From assembly GCA_963724765.1 (NCBI GenBank), contig CAVRVY010000004.1:960001-1024000 (forward strand): a DNA stretch of 64,000 nt, read 5' to 3'. The stretch's first letter is position 1, and the number at the start of each line of letters is the position of its first letter. Below are positions 42,742 through 51,947 of this stretch, in pieces. Made by a program: the position numbers and the translations under genes. The notes beneath the pieces are model-generated. The model was not told the DNA's origin and ran no database searches. It saw only the letters and a list, made by a program, of their open reading frames with translations. Origin of the DNA: an uncultured delta proteobacterium. GTDB taxonomy: Bacteria; Desulfobacterota; Binatia; Binatales; Binataceae.

Positions 42742-43947
42742 GTTGACGGATTTAAGATCGATTCCCTCGCGCGCCATCTCGTATAGCGGCGACATCTCGC
42801 GCAGCCGCTTGACCTCGCGCGAGACCCGCTCGGTTACGAAGTCGACTTCTTCCTCGGTGTTGAAGCGGCCCACTCCGAAACGGATCGAGCTATGTGCCAA
42901 TTCCTCGTTGGTGCCGAGCGCGCGAATCACGTACGACGGCTCCAGCGTGGCCGAGGTGCAGGCCGAGCCCGAACTCACCGCCACGTCGTTGACACCCATC
43001 AGCAGCGACTCGCCCTCGACGTAAGCGAAGCTGACGTTGAGATTGCCGGGCAGGCGCTCGGTCGGATGGCCGTTGAGATAGACTTCGTCGAGACGCTCGA
43101 ACAATCCCGCCTGCAGCTTGTCGCGCAGCGAACGCATCCGCGCCGCCTCGCTCTGCATCTCCTGGCCCGCAATTTCGCATGCCGCGCCGAAGCCCACGAT
43201 ACCCGGCACGTTGAGCGTGCCCGAGCGCATCCCGCGCTCATGGCCGCCGCCGTCGATAATCGGCGTCAGGCGCACGCGCGGCCCCTTGGCCCGCACATAC
43301 AAAGCGCCCACGCCCTTGGGTCCGTAAAGCTTATGCCCCGACATCGCGAGCAGGTCGATACCGTCGCGCTCGACATCGAGCGGAATCTTGCCCACCGCCT
43401 GCACCGCGTCGCAGTGGAAAATGATGCCGCGCTCCTTAGCGATGCGTCCGATCTCGCGGATCGGATGAATCGTCCCGACCTCGTTGTTGGCGTACATGAT
43501 CGAGATCAACATGGTCTTGTCGGTGATCGCGTTGCGCACGGCGTCCGGGTCGACCATCCCGTACTTGTCCACCGCAAGATAGGTCACGGTCGCCTTGCCC
43601 GCGCGCTCCAGCGCCCGGCAACTATCGAGCACCGCCTTGTGCTCGGTGACGCAGGTGATGATGTGGTTGCCCTTGTCCTTGTAGAACTCGACAACCCCCT
43701 TGATCGCCTCGTTGTCGGACTCGGTCGCGCCGCTGGTGAAAATGATCTCTTTGGATTTGGCGTTGATCAGCGTGGCTATTTGGTTGCGCGCCTTGTCGAC
43801 CGCCTCCTCAGCCTCCCATCCAAAGCTATGATTGCGGCTGGCCGCGTTGCCGAACTTCTGCGTGAAGTAGGGCAGCATCGCCTCGAGCACCCGCGGATCG
43901 ACCGGCGTCGTCGCGTGATTGTCCATGTATATCGGCAGCTTGACCAT
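42730..43947 (-). CDS. iscS: cysteine desulfurase IscS
   Basis: [48 protein letters not shown]. Confidence 0.98.
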   Translation of the reverse strand: MVKLPIYMDNHATTPVDPRVLEAMLPYFTQKFGNAASRNHSFGWEAEEAVDKARNQIATLINAKSKEIIFTSGATESDNEAIKGVVEFYKDKGNHIITCVTEHKAVLDSCRALERAGKATVTYLAVDKYGMVDPDAVRNAITDKTMLISIMYANNEVGTIHPIREIGRIAKERGIIFHCDAVQAVGKIPLDVERDGIDLLAMSGHKLYGPKGVGALYVRAKGPRVRLTPIIDGGGHERGMRSGTLNVPGIVGFGAACEIAGQEMQSEAARMRSLRDKLQAGLFERLDEVYLNGHPTERLPGNLNVSFAYVEGESLLMGVNDVAVSSGSACTSATLEPSYVIRALGTNEELAHSSIRFGVGRFNTEEEVDFVTERVSREVKRLREMSPLYEMAREGIDLKSVNWRA

Positions 43948-44184
43948 CTATTACGAACCTTCTTGAGCGCGCACACTCACCCTGAAAACGGCACCGCAAC
44001 AGGCGGCACCGGATTAGTGGACTTACAAGGTCGAGTATACCGCGTAACCCGTTTTGCTGTCAAACGGGCTATAAGCCCGACCCTACTCGGGGACGGAGCG
44101 TTATAAGCCGCAGCGCGGATGAAGCTCGGATTCGGACGCCGCCAAGGGCATCCGTCTTACCGGGGCTTGACCGAGGCAGACGAC

Positions 44185-44994
44185 CTAGCTTACCGAAAGG
44201 TCAGAGGAGCGAGAACGGGATCGACGCTCGAAACCGCGGCTGAGAATAGCGCTTAGCTTACCCGGCACAACGATGATCCGCCGCCGCTCCTGGATCAGCA
44301 CTCCCTCCAGCGCGAAGCGTCTCAGGCAAACGCTGACCTTGGGACGCGAACCGCTCACCAGTTGCGCGATGTTGCGATGGCCGAAGCGCACGTTAATGAT
44401 CGTGCCGCGCGCGTCGGGCAGGCCAAATTTGTCGGCGAGGTCGAGCAGCGCAACCGCGATTCGTTCCTCGAGCGTCTGATCCACGAAACGGGATTGACGC
44501 ACCAGCAACGCCCACCAGCGGCCCATCGTCAGCCTCAACGCGAGGAGGAACTCGTCGTACTGCAGGCCAACTGTTTCGACCATGGCCTGGGCGCTGAGCA
44601 CGCCGACCTCGCACTCGGTGAACGCTTCGCATTCCAGATTGTGACGCAGGTCGGGCAGCAGCGTGGGAATACACACCACGTCGCCGGGGCCGAGCACCTC
44701 GAGCAAGACGCGTTCGTTCTTGCGGTTGACGGAAGTGAGGCGGGCGATGCCCGCGATCATGATGTGAATCGTATCGCCCAATTGCTTGCCGCTATAGATG
44801 AGCGCGCGCTTACGAAAGTGGCGCAGTCTGAGCTGGCCGCCCAGGACGCCTAGCTGTTCGGAGGAAAGTCCGCGCAGGCCCCTGAGGCCGGACAGATCGA
44901 GCCGCAATTTCCTGGCAACATTCGCGCTACGATTGCGGGCGAATTCGGCCGTGACGACCTTGCGCGCAGGTTTGATTGAGCTGGTCCGTTTCAT
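44185..44994 (-). CDS. CRP/FNR-family transcriptional regulator
   Basis: cNMP-like barrel (LGPGD), EERIAVALLDLADKFG, HTH HRNIAQLVSGSRPKVS. Confidence 0.9.
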   Translation of the reverse strand: MKRTSSIKPARKVVTAEFARNRSANVARKLRLDLSGLRGLRGLSSEQLGVLGGQLRLRHFRKRALIYSGKQLGDTIHIMIAGIARLTSVNRKNERVLLEVLGPGDVVCIPTLLPDLRHNLECEAFTECEVGVLSAQAMVETVGLQYDEFLLALRLTMGRWWALLVRQSRFVDQTLEERIAVALLDLADKFGLPDARGTIINVRFGHRNIAQLVSGSRPKVSVCLRRFALEGVLIQERRRIIVVPGKLSAILSRGFERRSRSRSSDLSVS

Positions 44995-45023
44995 CAACCC
45001 CCTCTCAAGGGGACATTCTTAGT

Positions 45024-45037
45024 GTAACTGAGGTTAC
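45024..45037. promoter_or_regulatory. palindromic operator GTAAC-N4-GTTAC (site 1)
   Basis: gtaactgaggttac, about 30 bp upstream of the leftward CRP gene. Confidence 0.6.
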
Positions 45038-45160
45038 CGATCGCCGCCAGTCGGAGATCGACTCTCGAGCGCGCAATTTTCGGTCCTGGGTTTGGAGCGG
45101 CGCTTCACCAGATGAAAAATGTCGCGGCATTTACAAATCGCGCAATAAAACAGCACTTGA

Positions 45161-45176
45161 AGTAACCTTTGTTACT
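45161..45176. promoter_or_regulatory. palindromic operator GTAAC-N4-GTTAC (site 2)
   Basis: agtaacctttgttact, between the two CRP genes. Confidence 0.6.
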
Positions 45177-45404
45177 GTCTTCCGGCGCTTTTTTTCTATC
45201 GCCATACAGATTCCATTTCTGGGCTTTGCTAGATTTCTCCCGTCCTTCGTCGTCGCGCTAACGAGCGACGTCAACGAGCGATGATGACAGTCGAGAAGAT
45301 GCCACGGGCTGTTAAAAAAACGCCTCCTGACAACTCCTTCGTCCTGGATTGCACCTGCTCTTACAGTGCCCACTCGGGCGCGAGTCTTTGCCGGAGGCTG
45401 AGTC

Positions 45405-46124
45405 ATGCCAGTTGCGCATCCTGAAACGCTTTCGAGCTTCGACCTGCTGGGACGGCTGAAAGGCCTGTCTTGGCTTTCCGCCGCCCAACTCAAAGAACTG
45501 GACGCCGCGATGGCGGTCAGAAATGTCAAACGCGGCGGCGTCATTTTTCAGGAACTGGGCAGGCCCTCGGCGGACGTGCACATCCTGCTCGCCGGCGCGG
45601 CGCAGCTTAACCATCTCAACGGCGAGGGTCCCCGCGTGGTGGCGATGATGATGCCGGGAGTGATCTTCCGGCTGCCCCAGATGCCCCCGCAAGTCGGCCA
45701 TAACTTCGAGTGGGTGGCGCTTCACGATTGCAGGGTCGGCCGCCTGCCGATCGAACGGTACGTCGCGATCACCCTGGGGGTCGACTACGATGCCTATGCG
45801 CGGGTCGCCGAGCCGACGGAAAGCCGCATCGGACGCATCCTCGCCCGCTACCCCAGCTTTATCGGATTCGCCCTGCTGCAGCGCGTGGCGGTGGCATTGA
45901 TCGAACTGGCGGTCGAGTTCGGCGTGCAGAACCATCGCGGCGTAGTGCTCGGGATCGTGCCGACGCACAAACAACTCGCCGACCTGGTCGGCGCTTCGCG
46001 GCCCAAGGTCAGTGAAATCATGAACGACCTTCAGCGGCGCAAGGCGCTCTCGCGCGATGGACGCAAGCTCACGGTGGCGATGAAGCGGCTGGAGGCCATC
46101 GTCGCCAGCGGCGACAATACTTGA
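45405..46124 (+). CDS. CRP/FNR-family transcriptional regulator
   Basis: QRVAVALIELAVEFG, HTH THKQLADLVGASRPKVS. Confidence 0.9.
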   Translation: MPVAHPETLSSFDLLGRLKGLSWLSAAQLKELDAAMAVRNVKRGGVIFQELGRPSADVHILLAGAAQLNHLNGEGPRVVAMMMPGVIFRLPQMPPQVGHNFEWVALHDCRVGRLPIERYVAITLGVDYDAYARVAEPTESRIGRILARYPSFIGFALLQRVAVALIELAVEFGVQNHRGVVLGIVPTHKQLADLVGASRPKVSEIMNDLQRRKALSRDGRKLTVAMKRLEAIVASGDNT

Positions 46125-46150
46125 TAACGCTGGCGCCGGCCTGGCTGCCC

Positions 46151-46673
46151 CTATCTACCTTTCCTTCGGATTGCTTTTCGCGGTTTGCTGTCCCGCGGCT
46201 TGAGCTCCAGGCGCCGCTCGTGAGTCCACTCTTCGTAACCGAGCTTGTACCACGAGCCGACGAGCCGGGCCAGTTGCGATGCAGCACCAGCAGCGTCACC
46301 ACCGTCACGCCCTTGGATAGAAACCATTCGTAGGCCGCTTCCAGCATCGGCTTCATCAGCCTGCGGCCGCGCCAGTTCTCTTCCAGGTAGGCATGGTTGA
46401 CATAGCCGCGCACCGGCGGCAGGTAGCCCTGATGGTCGCGCACGAGCCGCACCACAGATAGCCGATCAGACGGCCGTCGCCTGCGTCGGCGACCCAGAGC
46501 GCGTGATGGTCACGGGCGAGCACCGTCTTGAGCCACACCGGGGCCTGGCGTATCTCCTTCCAGTCAAATCGAGCCCGCTCATCGAGGGACTCGTGATAAA
46601 CCGCGATGGCGGCCACCAGCCGGGCGATTTCCATGACGTCCTCCTCGCGCGCCGGCCTCGTTTCAATTGCCAT
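46151..46673 (-). pseudogene. GNAT acetyltransferase with two frameshifts
   Basis: MAIETRPARE..GRLIGYLW | VRL..YLEENWRGRRLM..VLHRNW | WYKLGYEEW.. lie in three successive frames; shifts near 46452 and 46253. Confidence 0.75.
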
Positions 46674-46810
46674 CGCTAGTCCTTCTTCAAAACGGCGATA
46701 TCATTTATTGTTATATTGTAATCGAACGGTATTTAGACAATTAATCTTGGGCAAGTGCCGAACACGCCGGTAAATCGGACCAGGAAATCACCAAATCTGA
46801 AATCACTCTG

Positions 46811-48592
46811 ATGACAAACACAGCCGCGAGAAAAATTGCAACCGCAAACCGCTTTCTGTCCGAATGGGTGGCCGAGGTAGTCCGCCTGACCAAGCCGGAT
46901 CGAGTCGAATGGTGCGACGGCAGCGAAGAGGAACGCCAGCGTCTCTACAAGCAGGCGGTCGCCGCCGGCATACTGATTCCGCTGAACCAGCGCAAGCGGC
47001 CCGGCTGTTACCTGCATCGGTCCAATCCCAACGACGTCGCGCGCTCTGAGAACCTTACCTTCATTTGCACGCCGAACAAGGAAGACGCGGGGCCGACCAA
47101 CAACTGGATGGCGCCCGACGAAGCTTATGCGCGGCTGCGGGGATGGTTCGACGGTTCGATGCGCGGACGCACGATGTACGTCGTCCCCTATATCATGGGT
47201 CCGGCCGATTCCCCGTTCGCCAAGGTCGGCGTCGAGCTGACCGACAGCATCTACGTCGCGCTCAACATGGGATACATGACCCGGATGGGCACCGTCGCGC
47301 TCGACATGCTGGGCGCCTCCGACGACTTCAACCGCGGGCTCCATTCCACGCTCGATTGCGATCCGCAACGCCGCCTCATATGTCATTTTCCCCAGGACAA
47401 TACGATCTGGTCGGCCGGCAGCGGCTACGGCGGCAACGCGCTGCTCAGCAAGAAATGCTTCGCGCTGCGCATCGCAAGCTGGCTCGGCAAAAAAGAAGGC
47501 TGGCTGGCGGAGCACATGCTGATCCTGGGGTTGCAAAGCCCACAGGGTGAGACATCTTACGTCGCCGCGGCATTTCCCAGCGCCTGCGGCAAAACCAATC
47601 TCTCGATGCTTACGCCACCGCCCTCGTTTCGCGGCTGGAACGTAACGACCGTGGGTGACGACATCGCCTGGCTGCGCATCGGATCGGATGGCCGCCTTTG
47701 GGCGGTCAATCCCGAGGCCGGATATTTCGGCGTCGCGCCGGGAACCAATGTACGCTCGAATCCGAATGCGATGAAGATGGTTGAGCGGGATACGATCTTC
47801 ACCAACGTCGCGATGACCCCTGATGGAGACGTCTGGTGGGAGGGTATGGATGTCGAACCTCCCGAGGAACTCATCGATTGGCAGGGGCGGCTATGGCGCA
47901 AGGACTCGGGGCAACCCGCGGCGCATCCCAACAGCCGCTTCACCACGCCGATGCGCAACAATCCCGCACTTTCTCCGCAAGCGGATTCCCCACAGGGAGT
48001 GCCCATCTCCGCGATCGTCTTTGGCGGGCGGCGCGCCTCGACGGTTCCGCTGGTGCTTGAATCCTTCGATTGGAACCACGGCGTCTATCTGGGCGCGACC
48101 ATGGGCTCCGAGACGACAGCCGCCGCCACCGGCAAGGTCGGTATCGTACGCCGGGACCCGATGGCGATGCTACCGTTCTGCGGATACAACATGGGCAACT
48201 ATTTTACCCATTGGCTGGGAATGCAGGACCGACTGAAGCATCCGCCCAAGGTTTTCATGGTCAACTGGTTCAGAAAGGATCACGAGGGGCGGTTTATCTG
48301 GCCCGGCTACGGCGAGAATATCCGCGTCCTCAAATGGATCGTGGAGCGGGTGGCCGAACGTGCCGCGGCCGAGCGCTCAGCGGTGGGCCTCAGGCCGGCT
48401 GAAGGCGCGCTCGATCTCACGGGCCTCGAGATTGCCGGCGAAGCCCTCAAAGAGGCGATGGCCGTGAAGCCCGAGGATTGGGCTGCGGAACTCGATTCGC
48501 AGGAAGAGTTCTTCAAAAAGATTGGGGCGACCGTACCCGCGAAGATGGATGAGCAACGTAAAGCCCTGAGGGCAGGTTTGGAAATTCGCTAG
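46811..48592 (+). CDS. pckG: phosphoenolpyruvate carboxykinase (GTP)
   Basis: GSGYGGNALL.KKCFALR, WLAEHM, FPSACGKTNL, VGDDIAW, HPNSRF, DPMAMLPFCGYN. Confidence 0.98.
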   Translation: MTNTAARKIATANRFLSEWVAEVVRLTKPDRVEWCDGSEEERQRLYKQAVAAGILIPLNQRKRPGCYLHRSNPNDVARSENLTFICTPNKEDAGPTNNWMAPDEAYARLRGWFDGSMRGRTMYVVPYIMGPADSPFAKVGVELTDSIYVALNMGYMTRMGTVALDMLGASDDFNRGLHSTLDCDPQRRLICHFPQDNTIWSAGSGYGGNALLSKKCFALRIASWLGKKEGWLAEHMLILGLQSPQGETSYVAAAFPSACGKTNLSMLTPPPSFRGWNVTTVGDDIAWLRIGSDGRLWAVNPEAGYFGVAPGTNVRSNPNAMKMVERDTIFTNVAMTPDGDVWWEGMDVEPPEELIDWQGRLWRKDSGQPAAHPNSRFTTPMRNNPALSPQADSPQGVPISAIVFGGRRASTVPLVLESFDWNHGVYLGATMGSETTAAATGKVGIVRRDPMAMLPFCGYNMGNYFTHWLGMQDRLKHPPKVFMVNWFRKDHEGRFIWPGYGENIRVLKWIVERVAERAAAERSAVGLRPAEGALDLTGLEIAGEALKEAMAVKPEDWAAELDSQEEFFKKIGATVPAKMDEQRKALRAGLEIR

Positions 48593-48613
48593 CTCGCCCG
48601 CCGGCCATACCTG

Positions 48614-48952
48614 TCAGCCGGCGAATGGACCCGGATGCTCGCGGTCGAATCGCACGACCAGCGGCCTGTGCTCGCTGCGTAGCGACTTCAGCGCCGCTTC
48701 GCGCGTCTGCTCGAACTCGCGCTCAAACCACGGGCCGAGCCGCACAAGCATCGCGCCCGCGTCGGTACCATCGGGCGCGCCCGCCGTATCAGCGATCGCG
48801 CGAACGATCGTGCACAGGAAACCGACCCGCTCCAGGCCGTCGGCGCGCTCGAAACCGAGCGTGAGCGTGATCTCGTCCCCTGTCATTGCGGGCGGCGCGG
48901 CGAGACTCAACCAGTAGAGGCCTCGCCCGGTGTTTAGTTCATACGGAGTCAC
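48614..48952 (-). CDS. hypothetical protein
   Basis: 112-aa ORF following secF on the same strand; family not recognised. Confidence 0.55.
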   Translation of the reverse strand: MTPYELNTGRGLYWLSLAAPPAMTGDEITLTLGFERADGLERVGFLCTIVRAIADTAGAPDGTDAGAMLVRLGPWFEREFEQTREAALKSLRSEHRPLVVRFDREHPGPFAG

Positions 48953-48997
48953 GGAAGTGCTGGCGTGCGAGACATCACGCCGGATGATCGCGAAACG

Positions 48998-49942
48998 CTA
49001 GGCCGCGCGCGTGACTGCGCCGCGGCCCCTGCCGCTGCGGCCCTTGCCCTCCCAGAACAGCACCACCGGGCCAGCGATATAAATCGACGAATAAGTCCCG
49101 GTGATGAAGCCGACCAGCAGGGTAAAGGCCGACGGACGCAGGATCGGACCGCCGAGCGCGAGCAGCGCGATCAGCACCGAGATCGCGGTGCCCGAGGTCA
49201 GGATGGTGCGCGAGAGCGTCTCGTTGATCGCGCGGTTCATGATCGCCGCGATCGGATCGCGCCGGCGCTTGGCCGCGTCCTCGCGTATCCGGTCCGACAC
49301 GATAATCGTGTCGTGCACCGAATAGCCGATGACCGTCAGCAGCGCGGCCAGCGTCGTCAGATCGAACTCCAGGCGCGAGATGACCAGCGCGCCGACCACC
49401 AGCAGCACGTCATGGATGAGCGCGATAACCGCGCCCGCGCCGAAGCTCCAGCTCACGCCGCGGAACTGCCAGGCGATGAAGCTGCCCATGAAGATGGTCG
49501 CGAAGATGACCGCCATGAAGCCGTCGCGGCGCAGATCGCGGCCGACCTTGGCGCCCACCGACTCGACCCGCAGCACTTGCACAGCGTCCGGCCCGTAGGC
49601 TTTGTCGAGCTGCGCTTCGAGCTTCTTGCCCAGGCTGCCGACGTTCTTCACTTTCTCGAAACGGACCAGGTACTGATGGCGGACGGCGGAGCCGAAGTCC
49701 TGCACCGTCACTTCGCCCAGGCCCATCGGCTCAAGGGCGCTGCGGATGTGCGCGCCGTCGGTGGCGCTCTTGAATTGCAGTTGCACCACGCTGCCGCCGA
49801 CGAAGTCGACGCCGTAGTTCAGTCCGACCGTTATCAGCAGGATTATCGACGCGAGGTTGATGAGGCTCGAAAGCGCGACGAAAAAATAGCGTTTGCCGAC
49901 GAAATCGAGGTCAATGTCGGGGCGAATTATCTGAAAGGACAT
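48998..49942 (-). CDS. secF: protein translocase subunit SecF
   Basis: GLNYGVDFVGG, ESVGAKVG, ALIHD, IGYSVHDTIIVSDRIRE, TLSRTILT, GTYSSIYIA. Confidence 0.95.
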   Translation of the reverse strand: MSFQIIRPDIDLDFVGKRYFFVALSSLINLASIILLITVGLNYGVDFVGGSVVQLQFKSATDGAHIRSALEPMGLGEVTVQDFGSAVRHQYLVRFEKVKNVGSLGKKLEAQLDKAYGPDAVQVLRVESVGAKVGRDLRRDGFMAVIFATIFMGSFIAWQFRGVSWSFGAGAVIALIHDVLLVVGALVISRLEFDLTTLAALLTVIGYSVHDTIIVSDRIREDAAKRRRDPIAAIMNRAINETLSRTILTSGTAISVLIALLALGGPILRPSAFTLLVGFITGTYSSIYIAGPVVLFWEGKGRSGRGRGAVTRAA

Positions 49943-49983
49943 CGGTCCTGTATGGCTCCTCCGCCGCCTGCTACCGCGCGCGC

Positions 49984-50030
49984 CGGCAAAATATTATCGG
50001 CAAAATAATTATCAGCAAGATAATTATCGG
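49984..50030. repeat. three imperfect 14-15 bp AT-rich tandem repeats upstream of secF
   Basis: cggcaaaatattat / cggcaaaataattat / cagcaagataattat / cgg. Confidence 0.8.
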
Positions 50031-50109
50031 TTTGATCCGATTAATAAAAGCACAGCCGCGCCCGCCACGCCAATCGCGTGCCTTGGCATTCGCTCGCGGC
50101 TCGCGGCGG

Positions 50110-50451
50110 TCAGGCGGCGACGGTGCGGGCCTTGCCGCACTTGCCGCACTGGTTGTTCTGGTTGTTGGGGTCTTCGATCAGGCCGTCGTCGAGCGAGTGG
50201 CAGACCTTCAGGCACTTGCCGCAGATGAAATAGATGCCGTCGATGGTCTTGTTGATGCGCTCGCGGTTTAAGATGCGGCCCTTGAGCTTCTCGATCCGGA
50301 TGCCCAGCAGTTCCTGGTATTGGCGCTTGATCTTGCGGCGGCCGGCTTCGTCCTTGGGAAGGTCGGCATCTTCATCGGCCTCGTCGGCCGAATCGGCAAA
50401 ACTCGGATACAGGTCGCGCTTGGCAGTCTTGCTCTTGCGAGTTCTGGCCAT
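50110..50451 (-). CDS. small Zn-ribbon protein (CGKC...CGKC)
   Basis: GGAGG RBS; basic/acidic N-terminus; FICGKCLK...QCGKCGK. Confidence 0.75.
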   Translation of the reverse strand: MARTRKSKTAKRDLYPSFADSADEADEDADLPKDEAGRRKIKRQYQELLGIRIEKLKGRILNRERINKTIDGIYFICGKCLKVCHSLDDGLIEDPNNQNNQCGKCGKARTVAA

Positions 50452-50472
50452 CGCTTTCTCTCCCTCCTTCCG

Positions 50473-50643
50473 CTAACGCGAGCGTGCGACGTAGCCGCAA
50501 TTCTTGTCGCACACCAGGAAAAAGCCGCGCCGGCCATAGCCGGCGAACATCGTGACCTTGCTCTCCGCGCCGCAACTCGGGCAGATGTGCTTGTAGGACA
50601 CATCGCGGCTCTTTTCCGCAGTCTTCGCTTTTTTCTCAGCCAT
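50473..50643 (-). CDS. 56-aa Zn-ribbon protein (CPSC...CDKNC)
   Basis: MAEKKAKTAEKSRDVSYKHICPSCGAESKVTMFAGYGRRGFFLVCDKNCGYVARSR*; below the ORF-track cutoff; ends 21 bp before the next Zn-ribbon gene. Confidence 0.75.
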   Translation of the reverse strand: MAEKKAKTAEKSRDVSYKHICPSCGAESKVTMFAGYGRRGFFLVCDKNCGYVARSR

Positions 50644-50921
50644 GACCGATGACGCTCTCTCTTTGGATTTTTAATTGTGATTGTGATTCGTGGACGGGCC
50701 TGCGTGGCGGCTACGCGCTCGGGTGCGCCCGGATGGGTGCGGGAACTGTTGCGGCCGCCGGCTCGTCCATAGCGCTTCGACAACGTTTCAACCGAATCAC
50801 TATACCATAACGCAAACGGCCCAAAACTATTCGGTCAATATGCCCTCCGGCCGTCGCGGCCCTCGCCGTCGGGCAGGAGGCGGGTTGCGCGCGCCGCGCC
50901 GAGCGTCTAAGCGTTAAGCGC

Positions 50922-51827
50922 TTGGAAGCAAAACTCAAACCCAACGACGCCGTCCTCTTCATCGATCGAAAGGGCCGCCGCTACCTCAAGATGCTGCGCC
51001 CCGGCACCCGCATCCTCATCCGCGGTGAGATTTCGGCCGACGATCTGATCGGCACCGACGAGGGTTCGCGCGTCAAGCTCAGCACCGGCGAGACTTTCCT
51101 GGTCCTGCGGCCCACCTACGCCGACCTGATCCCCCATCTGCCGCGCCAGGCCCAGGTCATCTATCCCAAGGATACCGGGCCGCTGCTGATTTGGGGCGAC
51201 GTCTTCCCGGGCGCCACGGTTATCGAGGGCGGCGTCGGCGCGGGCGCGCTGACCATCGCGCTGCTGCGCGCGGTCGGATCGGCCGGCCGCGTCATCTCAT
51301 ACGAACTGCGTGAAGACTTCGCCGCCGCCGCGCGGCGCAACGTCGCCGCGTTTTTCGGAGAGGCTCCAAACTGGACGCTCAAGCTCGGCGACATCTACGC
51401 CGGTTTCGCGGAGACCGGCGTCGACCGCCTCTTCCTCGATCTTGCCGAGCCGGGCCGCGCATTGGGCGTGGCGGCGCGGGCGCTGCGCGCAGGCGGCGTG
51501 CTGGTCTGCTACGTGCCGACCGCGATCCAACTGGGCGACACGGTCGCGGCGCTGGAGCGCGACGGCGGCTTCGGCGAAGTCGAATCGTTCGAGACCTTGC
51601 TGCGCAACTGGCACGTCAAGGGACTGAGCGTGCGCCCGGTGCATCGGATGGTCGCGCACTCAGGCTTCATCATCGTGTCGCGCCGCCTGGCCTCGCACTC
51701 GCAGGCCGGTGCGGAGCCGCTCGCGGCGCCAACCGAATCGCCCGTGCTCGACGACGGCGCCGCCATCGCTGACAAATCCGCTCCGTACGATGACCACGGC
51801 GATTCCGACGACGACGATCAGCGCTGA
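50922..51827 (+). CDS. trmI: tRNA (adenine58-N1)-methyltransferase
   Basis: LRPTYAD, PRQAQVIYPKD, EGGVGAGALT, SYELREDF, VRPVHRMVAHSGF. Confidence 0.92.
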   Translation: MEAKLKPNDAVLFIDRKGRRYLKMLRPGTRILIRGEISADDLIGTDEGSRVKLSTGETFLVLRPTYADLIPHLPRQAQVIYPKDTGPLLIWGDVFPGATVIEGGVGAGALTIALLRAVGSAGRVISYELREDFAAAARRNVAAFFGEAPNWTLKLGDIYAGFAETGVDRLFLDLAEPGRALGVAARALRAGGVLVCYVPTAIQLGDTVAALERDGGFGEVESFETLLRNWHVKGLSVRPVHRMVAHSGFIIVSRRLASHSQAGAEPLAAPTESPVLDDGAAIADKSAPYDDHGDSDDDDQR

Positions 51828-51947
51828 GGGGCGTGGTTGCTCATGGAACCGCCGGCACGCATGGGTCGTTAGAATATAAGAGGATGCAGCGCTGCGCCGC
51901 GACATTCACCGATCACTGCGGCGACGAGTTATCATGAGGCGAGCGTT

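Noticed and set aside
44060-44190. Repeated ataagcc near the CRP 3' end as an RNase P terminus
   Set aside because: The rest of the RNase P consensus is absent; only 7-8 bp matches
49984-50030. Short repeats (also 42696-42741) as CRISPR arrays
   Set aside because: Tandem units without spacers; no cas genes in the window
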